From IMG/VR virus record IMGVR_UViG_3300022933_000006, positions 574-64,573 of that record: a stretch of 64,000 nt of DNA; one strand, given 5' to 3'. The position numbers and the translations under genes are program-made. The notes under the pieces were generated by a model. The model did not search any database. It had not been told where the DNA came from and saw only the letters and a program-made list of their open reading frames with translations. The stretch comes from a virus (Duplodnaviria; Caudoviricetes). Shown here piece by piece: positions 10,290 through 20,149 of this stretch (position 1 is the stretch's first letter; every line of letters starts with the position of its first letter).

Positions 10290-11771
10290 ATGGCAAAAAT
10301 ACTTATTCCTCGTAGTGATAGTGTAAGTGTAAAAATTATTGAACCTAGTGATTTTGAGTCATTTTTTAGTGACGATGTATTAAATGATTATATAAAAAGT
10401 GGTTTTACACTTTCATCAGGTACAGGTTTGTCAGTAAATATATCATCAGGCATAGCTAGAGTAAAAGGATTATTTGTTAATAATTCTACATCATCAAGCA
10501 AAGGAAGTTTGACAGCAAGTAATACAAATTATATATATGTAACACTATCAAGAGATTCTAATAGTGAAGCAGAATCTTGGGATTTTACATCAAACACGAC
10601 TGGAACAACACCTACAGATTCATTACTTATAGGAACTGCTACAACAAACGGAAGTAGTGTAACTGCAACAGCAGCACCCACACAATCTCAATACTCATTA
10701 GTAAATCCTTGGATATTTGGAAATGGACAAGATGGTGATGTCACTTTGTCAACAAACACTTCACAAAGTGAAGATAAATATTATAATAATCTCACAATCA
10801 ATTCAGGAGTAAGTGTTACTCCAAGTGGAAATAAACATGTAACAATATTTTGTAAAGGAACACTTACAATAAATGGAACAATAGACTGTAATGGAGTAGG
10901 TGGAACTGGTGGCAGTTCTAGTTCTGGTGGGGCTGGTGGGCTTCGTGGGTATTTTTATAACTGTGGAACACCACAATCAACATATGGTGGTGAAAACTCT
11001 GGTGGTAATGTTGGTTTAGTTAATTCAGTTGGTATGACTAATAGTGGTGGTGATAGTGGAGATGGTGGAACTGGTGGTACAGCAGGACAATTTACAGAAA
11101 ACGGAGGTTTTAATTGGACTGCTACTCCACGAAGAACAGGTGGAGGTAGTGATCCAAACACTACAACAAACGGAACAGAAAATAGGGATATATATAATAT
11201 TATGCAAATTGTAAATTATACTGAAATTTATGGTGGAGGTGGTGCTGGTAGTTCTGGTGGTGGTGGAGGAGGTGGTGGCACATCTGGTAGGACATCTGGT
11301 AGTTGTGGATCTTTGGCTTCTGGAGCTGGTGGAGCTGGTGCAAGTGGAGGAAGTGGTGGAACAGGTGGAGGAATGATTTTAATTTTTGCCAATAATCTTG
11401 TTTTAAATAATACATCAGTACTAACATGTAATGGTACTAATGGTGGTAATGGTAGTAATGGTACTAATGGTAGTAATGCCACAGCAGATTTTAGTATTGG
11501 TGGTGGTGGAGGAGGTGGTGGAGGTGCTGGTTCTGGTGCAGGTGGAGGAGCAGGTGGATTTATAGGATTATATTATCATAGTATATCAAAACATGCAAGT
11601 GCTACTATTACTGTAAATGGTGGTACTGGGGGCACAGGTGGTACTGGGGGCACAGGTGGTACTAGTAGTGACGGAATATATACAGGATCTCCAGCAAGTG
11701 GAACAGATGGTGGAGCTGGTGGAGCTGGACAGAGTGGTGATAGTGGTGTTATAATAGAACATGTCATCTAA
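10290..11771 (+). CDS. Glycine-rich tail fibre/spike protein
   Basis: N-terminal baseplate-attachment-like domain, then FGNGQDGDVTL and long GGxGG repeats; shares this domain with 20150..21157. Confidence 0.65.
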   Translation: MAKILIPRSDSVSVKIIEPSDFESFFSDDVLNDYIKSGFTLSSGTGLSVNISSGIARVKGLFVNNSTSSSKGSLTASNTNYIYVTLSRDSNSEAESWDFTSNTTGTTPTDSLLIGTATTNGSSVTATAAPTQSQYSLVNPWIFGNGQDGDVTLSTNTSQSEDKYYNNLTINSGVSVTPSGNKHVTIFCKGTLTINGTIDCNGVGGTGGSSSSGGAGGLRGYFYNCGTPQSTYGGENSGGNVGLVNSVGMTNSGGDSGDGGTGGTAGQFTENGGFNWTATPRRTGGGSDPNTTTNGTENRDIYNIMQIVNYTEIYGGGGAGSSGGGGGGGGTSGRTSGSCGSLASGAGGAGASGGSGGTGGGMILIFANNLVLNNTSVLTCNGTNGGNGSNGTNGSNATADFSIGGGGGGGGGAGSGAGGGAGGFIGLYYHSISKHASATITVNGGTGGTGGTGGTGGTSSDGIYTGSPASGTDGGAGGAGQSGDSGVIIEHVI

Positions 11772-11813
11772 ACAATAATATTTAAATACTAACATGACTA
11801 CATATTTAGTATA

Positions 11814-12362
11814 ATGTTACACTTTACAAAGTCTAATAAACCTGTAGGAAATCAAATAAACCCTGATCTTAACATCTGTATTGTAAAAGAATCACAATCT
11901 GGTGAAAAAACATGGTATCATGCTAAAAATATAGTCACAAATGACGGAGATCTATTCTATGCTCAACAAGCAGTAGGCGAATCTCCAACAAGTGATTTTG
12001 ACGGTTCAAGTGGTAGAATGGAACTTAGAACAGGTTCTGCAACCCCTGCCAAAGCCGATACTTATAATGAAGTAGCAACTCCAGTTACATCTTCAAGAAA
12101 AGCAATAGATGCAAATTATCCTAAAACAAATGACGGTGACTCTGACAATACAGGTGCAGGAACTGACATTGTTACATGGAGAACAAGTTGGACAACTTCT
12201 GACTTTAATGCATCAGCAATTATTGGTGGATGTATTCATGTTGGAGCAGCAAGTCCAGTAAGTGGAACAAAATTATTAACACATTTTTCAATAACTAGCT
12301 TTGACAAAACATCAAGCGATACACTAAAGATTTTCGTAAATCATACATTTAACGGAGTTTAA
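11814..12362 (+). CDS. Tail-collar/fibre-associated protein (paralogue of 9828..10289)
   Basis: KNIVTNDG...FDKTSSDTLKIFVNHTF. Confidence 0.55.
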   Translation: MLHFTKSNKPVGNQINPDLNICIVKESQSGEKTWYHAKNIVTNDGDLFYAQQAVGESPTSDFDGSSGRMELRTGSATPAKADTYNEVATPVTSSRKAIDANYPKTNDGDSDNTGAGTDIVTWRTSWTTSDFNASAIIGGCIHVGAASPVSGTKLLTHFSITSFDKTSSDTLKIFVNHTFNGV

Positions 12363-12367
12363 ACACC

Positions 12368-12484
12368 TTGACTATCTCAATGGGTGGTCTTTTCAAATTA
12401 TTAGAAAAACTTAATCATACCCCACAAGAAGGTTTAAATGATAAGGTTCAAACTAAAGAAGATGTGGTGGTAAAACTTGGCTAG
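12368..12484 (+). CDS. Small hypothetical protein (38 aa, not in ORF track)
   Basis: TTG start (or ATG 12380), MTISMGGLFKLLEKLNHTPQEGLNDKVQTKEDVVVKLG*; fills the gap and overlaps the next start. Confidence 0.4.
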   Translation: MTISMGGLFKLLEKLNHTPQEGLNDKVQTKEDVVVKLG

Positions 12485-13478
12485 AAAAGCACTGTATAAA
12501 CACGCAACACAGGTAGATACTTCATCTTATCCAGATGATGGAACAAGTCCTGTAGGTTCTAATGAATGGAATGAATCACCTGATCCACAGGGAATGTTGG
12601 GTTTTACACCAGCAAGTGCAACAGTCACAATAGCAAGTGGGGTTGCAACAGTCACAGATACAATTACAGTTGTAGCAGCAGAATCAAGTACAAGTGATAC
12701 TTTAGATAAACTAGCAATAACAAATACAAGTCAATATGACTTAATTTATTTATTCGCAGATACAGGTGATACAATCACATTAACAAACACATCAAGTCCT
12801 TCAGCAGATGGTCAAATCAAGACAGTAAGTGATGCAAACGAAACATTATCTTCAACCGTTCCAACAATTTTAATTAGAAAAGGAAACTATTGGTATGGAT
12901 ATGGTGGTGGTGTAGTCAATGCAGTAAGTGATATTGGAGATGTAACTATATCAAGTATAGCAAGTGGAGAAATTTTAAAATGGAACGGATCAGCATGGAT
13001 TAATCAAACTCTAGCAGAATCAGGTATTGCAGCAGCAAGTCACACTCAAGCAGCAAGTACAATTACTGATTTTGATACAGAGGTTGCAAACAATTCAGCA
13101 GTAACAGCAAATACAGCAAAGGTTACAAATTCTACTCACTCAGGTGAAGTAACAGGTAGTGGTGCATTAACCATAGCAGATAACGTAGTTGATGAAGCAA
13201 ACTTAAAAGTTTCTAATGCTCCAACTAACGGTTATATGCTAACTGCACAGTCAGGAGATACAGGTGGATTAACTTGGGCTAGTGCTGGTGGTGGTGCAAC
13301 TATAGTTCATCAATTTTCAAACACTACTACTACAAATTATACAGGTACAGCTTCATCATTTGGAACTGTTGGATCTGGTGATCGTGACATTTATATTAAA
13401 AAAATAGATGCTAATAATGAAGGTGTCTTTACTAAAATTTGGAAAAACGGATCTGCTGTCGAAGTACAAATCGCTTGA
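12477..13478 (+). CDS. Tail fibre protein
   Basis: Fibre motif GDVTISSIASGEILKWNGSAWIN; N-terminal DDGTSPVGSNEWN shared with 19370..20146. Confidence 0.65.
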   Translation: MARKALYKHATQVDTSSYPDDGTSPVGSNEWNESPDPQGMLGFTPASATVTIASGVATVTDTITVVAAESSTSDTLDKLAITNTSQYDLIYLFADTGDTITLTNTSSPSADGQIKTVSDANETLSSTVPTILIRKGNYWYGYGGGVVNAVSDIGDVTISSIASGEILKWNGSAWINQTLAESGIAAASHTQAASTITDFDTEVANNSAVTANTAKVTNSTHSGEVTGSGALTIADNVVDEANLKVSNAPTNGYMLTAQSGDTGGLTWASAGGGATIVHQFSNTTTTNYTGTASSFGTVGSGDRDIYIKKIDANNEGVFTKIWKNGSAVEVQIA

Positions 13479-13487
13479 GGTGTCAAG

Positions 13488-14570
13488 TTGGCGATAACAT
13501 ATCACGCAGGTAGAAGGATTCAGGGAACAAGTACAGATTTCGGAACCGCAGGAGCAGGTATACCAGCAGTATCAGGTGGATGGAAGGAACTAGGAAGAAC
13601 TACATTGGGAAGTGCCAATGCAAATATTTCAGTTTCATCATTAGCAGATAAGAGATATTTAATGGTTTTAAATGATTTAAGGTCTAGTTCTGCTATTAAT
13701 GGAATAAATAGAGTTGGAAATTCTTCATTAGATACAGGTAGTAATTATGCAGAAAGACAAAGTAACAACGGTGGAGCAGATTCATCATTAACTTCTCAAG
13801 CACAAGCACCACAATATGGAACATTGACAGGTAACTCTGGATTTGGAGTGGATTATATTGCAAATTTAGCAACGAAAGAAAAATTAGGAATATCTTATGT
13901 AATAAACCAAAATACCGCAGGTGCAGGTAACGCACCAAATAGAGTTGAACATGCTTGGAAATGGACTAACACATCAAATGTAATTGATATTCTAGAAAAA
14001 CGAACATCTGTTAATACGTATAATGCAAACTCAGAGGTTGTCGTACTAGGATGGGATCCAGATGATACCCATACTACAAACTTTTGGGAAGAATTGGCTA
14101 GTGCTGATTGGTCTAGTGGTTATCAGATAAATTCAGGAACATTTACTGCAAAGAAATATTTATGGATTCAAGGGTGGTACAAAAATGCAGCTAACACAAG
14201 TTATGCAAGATTCAGAGTAGGCAATAATACAATAGATAATGCAAATAATTACGCAAATCGTTACTCATTAAATGGTGCAGGGGATTCTACAGGAGTAAGT
14301 ACAGATCATATTAAAATGAATGTTACAAATACTAATGCTTCTAGTGGATTAGGATTTTTCAATATGTTTATTATTAACAATGCTTCAAATGAAAAATTAG
14401 TAATTGGACACCATACATTAACAGCATCAGGTGTATCAAATGCTCCTGCAAGAAATGAGTTTGTTGCAAAGTGGAATGAAACATCTAATCAGATTAATGT
14501 TGTCGAGTTACATCGTTATGGTGGAAATAACTTTACAGCAGGTGGTATCAAAGTGTGGGGTAGTAACTAA
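13488..14570 (+). CDS. Putative receptor-binding/fibre protein with two tandem ~160-aa beta domains
   Basis: Internal duplication (WKELGRTT... and WEELASA...); paralogue of 17696..18754. Confidence 0.6.
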   Translation: MAITYHAGRRIQGTSTDFGTAGAGIPAVSGGWKELGRTTLGSANANISVSSLADKRYLMVLNDLRSSSAINGINRVGNSSLDTGSNYAERQSNNGGADSSLTSQAQAPQYGTLTGNSGFGVDYIANLATKEKLGISYVINQNTAGAGNAPNRVEHAWKWTNTSNVIDILEKRTSVNTYNANSEVVVLGWDPDDTHTTNFWEELASADWSSGYQINSGTFTAKKYLWIQGWYKNAANTSYARFRVGNNTIDNANNYANRYSLNGAGDSTGVSTDHIKMNVTNTNASSGLGFFNMFIINNASNEKLVIGHHTLTASGVSNAPARNEFVAKWNETSNQINVVELHRYGGNNFTAGGIKVWGSN

Positions 14571-15913
14571 TGGCATGGGGTAAGAACGGAACACCTGATA
14601 CTTTAACAGGAACAGGAGATATATTACAGATTACAGATTTAACTGCTAACAAATTCAATGTATTCTTACAACACTCTCCGTATGATTCAAGTTGGATAAA
14701 TCCACAAATCACTTTCAATAATAACACCAATTCTGTATATGCAGGGAGAGTCTCATATAACGGTGGAACAGATGGAACATACACAAGTAGAGCAAATCAG
14801 ATATTAGATGGTTCAGGAACAGCAGATGATAAATTTATGGTTAATTATACTGCATCTGTTTCAGGAGAGGAAAAACTTAGTATTATTCATTATATGAATA
14901 GAGGAACCGCAGGAGCAGGAAATACTCCGAATAGAACACAAAATGTTTGGAAGTTTGTACCTAGCCCTGATGCTGACATTACAAGAATTGATAGTTCAGT
15001 TGTCGGATATGCAGGAAGTTATGATACAGGTTCTAATCTATCAGCAATAGGTTCTGAATTAACACCTGCTGCTGCAATACCATTCCCAACTGATGTCCAA
15101 GTAGGAAGCAGATATGAGGAAACCGATACACGAAAGATGTATCATAGAGATGATATAACAGGTACAGATGTATCATTAACAGGACTAAAAGCATATTATA
15201 ATTTTGATCAAACATCAGGAAATTTGATAAATCAGGCAGGATTAGTTGGAAGTACTGATAGTTTAGATTCAAATGCAGATGGAACAAACAGTAATGTATC
15301 ACAAACTAATACAGGTAAATTAGGAAATTCATATCTATACAATGCCACTAGCAGTTATACACAACTAGGTTCATCATTATCACAATTTAATTTTATACAT
15401 CAAGCAAATGCCAAACTTACATTAAACTGTTGGTTTAAAATGACAAATATAAGTTCATCCAATCATCTTTTTTCAACATACGCAGTTTCTGGATATAGAA
15501 CAGGAACAGATATAGTTGTAAATTCCCGTGAAATATATTTTGTAACTCAGTCATCATCAACAGGTACAGTAGTATCATTTCAAACATCAGGTAGTATAAT
15601 TCCTAATAATACAGATTGGCATATGGTAACTATACGAGTAGATGATACATTATCATCAAATCAAGTAAAAATTAAGATTGATGATGGTGTAGAACAATCT
15701 GGTAATACAGGAACTGGTGCACCGTCAACTGGAAACGCCCAACATGAAGGACATATAGGTTCAAGTGGAGCAGAAAATGCATGGTTTGATGGTAGAATTG
15801 ATGAGATGTCAATATTTAACAGAATATTAACAGATGCAGAAGTTACAACGTTATATAATTCTGGAGCAGGTAAACGTATTGCTGACGATCCTTGGAAGGA
15901 GATAGGATCATGA
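14570..15913 (+). CDS. Putative receptor-binding protein with LamG domain
   Basis: N-terminal domain paralogous to 18754..19332; LamG motifs LKAYYNFD, WHMVT, FDGRIDEMSIFNRILT. Confidence 0.65.
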   Translation: MAWGKNGTPDTLTGTGDILQITDLTANKFNVFLQHSPYDSSWINPQITFNNNTNSVYAGRVSYNGGTDGTYTSRANQILDGSGTADDKFMVNYTASVSGEEKLSIIHYMNRGTAGAGNTPNRTQNVWKFVPSPDADITRIDSSVVGYAGSYDTGSNLSAIGSELTPAAAIPFPTDVQVGSRYEETDTRKMYHRDDITGTDVSLTGLKAYYNFDQTSGNLINQAGLVGSTDSLDSNADGTNSNVSQTNTGKLGNSYLYNATSSYTQLGSSLSQFNFIHQANAKLTLNCWFKMTNISSSNHLFSTYAVSGYRTGTDIVVNSREIYFVTQSSSTGTVVSFQTSGSIIPNNTDWHMVTIRVDDTLSSNQVKIKIDDGVEQSGNTGTGAPSTGNAQHEGHIGSSGAENAWFDGRIDEMSIFNRILTDAEVTTLYNSGAGKRIADDPWKEIGS

Positions 15914-17451
15914 CCATAGAATACAAAGACAGTAAACGAATTGTTGCATTGTCAAGTGATTTAGCAGAAGTTACTTATCGTGGAGAAACTCCACAAACAG
16001 ATGGTTCATACACTTTTATTAAATTTTTACAAGATGGAACTTTCACACCAACTTCATCATTTAATATAGAATACCTCATAGTAGCAGGTGGTGGTGCAGG
16101 TCAAACAACAGGAACAGGTGCAGGTAACGCAGTTAGTGGTGCAGGTGGAGCTGGTGGATATTTGGCAGGAACAGGTCATGGAGTAACTGCTCAAAATTAT
16201 AATATAACAGTTGGTAGTGGTGGTGCTACTGACACATCAGGAGAAAATTCAACAGGGTTTGGTTTAACTGCCATTGGTGGTGGAAAAGGTGGAAGAAGTC
16301 CTTTCTATGGTGCAGATGGTGGTTCAGGTGGGGGTGGATATTATACAGGTAGTGGTGGAAGTGGAACATTAGGTCAAGGTAATGACGGTGGAGCTGGAAA
16401 TGGAACAAGCCCTTACGAATGTGGTGGTGGTGGAGGTTCTGGAGGAGCTGGTGCTCAAGGAGATAATAATACAGGTGGAGCTGGTGGTGCAGGTACATCT
16501 AATTCAATTACAGGTAGTGCTCTTTATTACGCAGGTGGTGGTGGTGGAGGAGTTCAAGGTGCAAGTGGAGGTGGTTCAGGTGGTTCTAGTATAGGTGGAA
16601 ATGGTGGTGCTGGTGTATCTGGAACTGCTGGAACTGCTTATACAGGTAGTGGTGGTGGAGGTTCAGGTGGAAATACAAATGCAGGTGGAGCTGGTGGTAG
16701 TGGTATAGTTATTGTTAGATTTTTGACAAGTGGTAATACTTATGATACAGGAGCAGGTGGCAAACCAACTGATGTCCAAGACAATTCCTTGTTAGTAGAA
16801 AAAGATACTGCAAGAAGATATTGGTTTGATGGAACTACTTGGACTATGAATCCAACAAAAGAAGATAATTTTAATTCATGGGTTACTTCCAATTCTGCTA
16901 AATTTGTCTATAATTCAACAAATAATAATATTGATATATTAAATTCAAATGCTTATGATAATATTTATTACGATCTTGGAAGTGTAAGTGACACAAAATG
17001 GTTGTGTAGATTTAAAGTTACTTTAACAACAGCAGGTTCACAATCTTTAGGTTTATGTTATTTTTATGTTGGAAGTACAACAGGAGACGCAAATGAATCA
17101 CAAGATGGTTTAGGTTTTTATTTCTATGATAATGCCAATAATACAACAGCAGTAGCAGATAATGGAAATAGACCTGATCAAACAACAGTTACTTCCAATT
17201 TAGGCATAAGTCCATCAACAACAACATATTATGCAGAAATGAAACGAACATCAGAAACAGAATTTGTTGTCAAATTATTTGACAATGATTCATATACATC
17301 TGGACAGTTGGGTAGTACAGGAACATTGACAATAAGTTCAAGTTACACAGGACTACAATATTTTAAAATTATGGGATATACTACATCAGGTGGATTAGTA
17401 GGAACACTTGATGATTTTAAATTTTACAATGGAGTGACTTCAATAAATTGA
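15892..17451 (+). CDS. Glycine-rich fibre/adhesin protein (likely start ATG 15910)
   Basis: Glycine-rich domain EYLIVAGGGAG...GGSGIVIVRF; C-terminal beta-sandwich. Confidence 0.6.
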   Translation: MEGDRIMTIEYKDSKRIVALSSDLAEVTYRGETPQTDGSYTFIKFLQDGTFTPTSSFNIEYLIVAGGGAGQTTGTGAGNAVSGAGGAGGYLAGTGHGVTAQNYNITVGSGGATDTSGENSTGFGLTAIGGGKGGRSPFYGADGGSGGGGYYTGSGGSGTLGQGNDGGAGNGTSPYECGGGGGSGGAGAQGDNNTGGAGGAGTSNSITGSALYYAGGGGGGVQGASGGGSGGSSIGGNGGAGVSGTAGTAYTGSGGGGSGGNTNAGGAGGSGIVIVRFLTSGNTYDTGAGGKPTDVQDNSLLVEKDTARRYWFDGTTWTMNPTKEDNFNSWVTSNSAKFVYNSTNNNIDILNSNAYDNIYYDLGSVSDTKWLCRFKVTLTTAGSQSLGLCYFYVGSTTGDANESQDGLGFYFYDNANNTTAVADNGNRPDQTTVTSNLGISPSTTTYYAEMKRTSETEFVVKLFDNDSYTSGQLGSTGTLTISSSYTGLQYFKIMGYTTSGGLVGTLDDFKFYNGVTSIN

Positions 17452-17699
17452 GCCAAGAATACTATGACCATCTAAACGCAGGGGAAAAATACACCTGTGA
17501 CAAATGCCAAGTGGCAACACTAGGAGCTCACGAATATGACCAATATATCATAATGCAATATCATTACTGTGAGCCATGTTGGAACTATGTCTATCTAAAG
17601 AAAGGCACTTGCACTTGTGGCAATACAATGACTAACAGAAGTGAAACGCCAACAATCTTAATAAAGTGTAGTTGTGGAAAAGAGGTTGAGTTAAAATGA
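17448..17699 (+). CDS. Small Cys-rich zinc-binding protein inside the fibre cluster
   Basis: CDKC, CEPC, CTC, CSC; overlaps both neighbours by 4 nt. Confidence 0.6.
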   Translation: MSQEYYDHLNAGEKYTCDKCQVATLGAHEYDQYIIMQYHYCEPCWNYVYLKKGTCTCGNTMTNRSETPTILIKCSCGKEVELK

Positions 17700-18754
17700 C
17701 AATAGAATGGTTAGCAGGAAATAGACTTAGAGGAACGACAGCAGAAAGACCTAATCTTGGGTTACCAAGTGGTAGTGTAGGTGGCTGGGTAGAACTGGGA
17801 AGAACTACTTTAGGAAGTGCAGGAGATTCAGTAGCAGTATCAAGTTTACCAGATAAACGATATTACATGACTTTAGTAAATGACCTAGCAACTGGAAGTA
17901 TTGGTCATGGAATGAGATTAAATTCTGACTCTGGATCAAATTATTCTTATCGTCAAAATATTAATGGAGCAGGGGATTCAACAGCGACATCAGGTGCGTT
18001 AATGTGGAACTCTGCAAATGCCTCATTAGTCGATTCAAGATTCGATGTAGGATATTTTGCTAATTTATCGTCAAAAGAAAAACTAACAACTCATCATGTA
18101 TGCGAGAACGCAACAGCAGGAGCAGGAACAGCACCAACTAGAGTTGAAGAAGTTGGTAAATGGGCTAACACTTCTAATGCCATTAGTAAATTTGATTTAG
18201 TAAATCTTTTAGCAGGTGACTATGCCATTGGTTCAGAGGTAGTCGTACTTGGATGGGATCCAGCAGATACTCATTCTACTAATTTCTGGGAGGAATTATA
18301 TTCAGAAACAGCTTCGGGAACTACTGATTTTGATACAGGTACAATTTCAGCAAAGAAATATCTATGGGGTCAATGTTATCTTGTAGAATCATCGGGAGAT
18401 CATTTTAACATTAGATTTAATTCAGATTCTGGAACAAATTATGCTGGGAGAAGATCTACAAACGGTGGTTCAGATGTAACAGATACAAGTAAAGCACAGA
18501 TAGCAATTAACACCAATTCAAGTAATAAGTTTTTAAATTTCTTTATAGTTAATAATGCATCAAATGAGAAATTAATGATTTATAATTTAGTCGAAGCAGG
18601 TACAACAGGAGCAGGAAATGATCCAAAAAGACGAGAAGGAGTTGCCAAATGGACAAATACAAGTAATCAAATCACTAGTATGGTATTAGCTGTTGATGCA
18701 GTTGGAGGATTAGCTCAAGCAGGATCAGAATTTAGATTGTGGGGTTCTGACTAA
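17696..18754 (+). CDS. Putative receptor-binding/fibre protein (paralogue of 13488..14570)
   Basis: Shares GGWxELGRTTLGS, SEVVVLGWDPxDTHxTNFWEEL and AKKYLW. Confidence 0.6.
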   Translation: MTIEWLAGNRLRGTTAERPNLGLPSGSVGGWVELGRTTLGSAGDSVAVSSLPDKRYYMTLVNDLATGSIGHGMRLNSDSGSNYSYRQNINGAGDSTATSGALMWNSANASLVDSRFDVGYFANLSSKEKLTTHHVCENATAGAGTAPTRVEEVGKWANTSNAISKFDLVNLLAGDYAIGSEVVVLGWDPADTHSTNFWEELYSETASGTTDFDTGTISAKKYLWGQCYLVESSGDHFNIRFNSDSGTNYAGRRSTNGGSDVTDTSKAQIAINTNSSNKFLNFFIVNNASNEKLMIYNLVEAGTTGAGNDPKRREGVAKWTNTSNQITSMVLAVDAVGGLAQAGSEFRLWGSD

Positions 18755-19332
18755 TGGCATGGGCTAAGAACGGAACACCTGTAACATTAGGTTCAGCAGG
18801 AGATGTTATGACAATATCTGATATGACAGCAAATAAGTTTAATTTCATAATGTTTCATAAAATTGCCACAGGTGACGCTGATCCTGATCAAACATTTAAC
18901 AATAATACAAATTCAGTTTATGCATATAGATATTCGCAAGACGGTGGAACAGATGGAACAGGTGTGTCACAAACAAACACATCTCCAAGAGTTACAGCAA
19001 ATGATGATGAATTTTTTATATCTTATTTATGTTCTATAAGTGGAAAAGAAAAATTACAAATTGGTTTTAATTGTTCTCAAGGAGCCGCAGGAGCATCAAC
19101 AGCTGCAAGAAGAATGGAATATGTTACTAAATTTGTTCCTAGTCCTGACGCTGATATTACTAGAATTGATATGACAAATGATTTAACAGGTAGTTATGAT
19201 ACATCATCAAACCTCTCAGTATTAGGTAGTGACGGTACAGAAGAATTAAACGTTCAAGACGGTGCAATCTATTATGATACTGACTTGAACAAAGAATATA
19301 TCTTACACAACAATGTTTGGAGTGAATTATAA
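18754..19332 (+). CDS. Fibre-associated protein (paralogue of the 14570 N-terminus)
   Basis: Shares MAWxKNGTP, TFNNNTNSVYA and KFVPSPDADITRID. Confidence 0.6.
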   Translation: MAWAKNGTPVTLGSAGDVMTISDMTANKFNFIMFHKIATGDADPDQTFNNNTNSVYAYRYSQDGGTDGTGVSQTNTSPRVTANDDEFFISYLCSISGKEKLQIGFNCSQGAAGASTAARRMEYVTKFVPSPDADITRIDMTNDLTGSYDTSSNLSVLGSDGTEELNVQDGAIYYDTDLNKEYILHNNVWSEL

Positions 19333-19369
19333 TGAAAATATATATAAATAATAAGGATAAGGTAGTATA

Positions 19370-20146
19370 ATGGCAGTTAAACACACAAAAGTAGCCACAG
19401 TAGCAGATGATGGCACTAGTGAGGTAGGCACAAACGAATGGAATGATGATCATACTATAGATAATAACACAGTTACAGATGCCATGATATCTAGTCATAC
19501 TACTACAAAAATTACAGTTCCAACTACACAATTAAGTGGAACAGTTACAAATGCTCAACTTACAGGAAGTATTGCCAATACTAAACTTGCAACAGATCCA
19601 TTGGCAAGAGCAAATCATACAGGAACACAGGCACAATCCACAATTACCGATTTAACAACTGACTTATCTTCAAAAGCACCTATAGCAAGTCCAACATTTA
19701 CAGGTACAGTAGCAATTCCAAATTATGCTGATGTTGAAACTACACTTGATGGTATAGCAACTAAATCTCCATTAGCAAGTCCAACATTTACAGGAACAGT
19801 TACTACAGCAGCAGTAGATGTAGCAGGGAATAATATTGATAATATTCAAAATTTAATTCATGATATTTCAACTACTACTACAGCATTAGACTTTAGTGGT
19901 GATCAATTACAAACAATTTCAATTAGTGCTGCTACTACATTTACAACATCAAATAGAGCAACAGGAAAAAGCAAAACAATCAAAATCACAACAGATGGAT
20001 CAACTAGAGCATTTACATTCCCTGCATGGAAATTTGTAGGAACAAAGCCAACTGAACAAGCTGCAAGTAAAATAGGAATTTTGACTGTCACTTGTTTCGG
20101 AACAGCAGATACAGATATCGTAGCAGCATATGCAGTAGAGGAGTAA
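19370..20146 (+). CDS. Tail fibre protein
   Basis: RANHTGTQ and two copies of KxPxASPTFTGTV, typical phage fibre motifs. Confidence 0.65.
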   Translation: MAVKHTKVATVADDGTSEVGTNEWNDDHTIDNNTVTDAMISSHTTTKITVPTTQLSGTVTNAQLTGSIANTKLATDPLARANHTGTQAQSTITDLTTDLSSKAPIASPTFTGTVAIPNYADVETTLDGIATKSPLASPTFTGTVTTAAVDVAGNNIDNIQNLIHDISTTTTALDFSGDQLQTISISAATTFTTSNRATGKSKTIKITTDGSTRAFTFPAWKFVGTKPTEQAASKIGILTVTCFGTADTDIVAAYAVEE

Positions 20147-20149
20147 TAA

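Noticed and set aside
10900-11750. GGT-rich tandem repeats (also 16080-16700 and 20460-21040, including an 18-bp tandem near 11620-11663)
   Set aside because: Explained by glycine-rich coding in fibre proteins; not arrays or regulatory repeats.
13488-19332. Diversity-generating retroelement acting on the duplicated fibre genes
   Set aside because: No reverse transcriptase in the window. Differences between copies are not adenine-specific, and both copies are intact ORFs.
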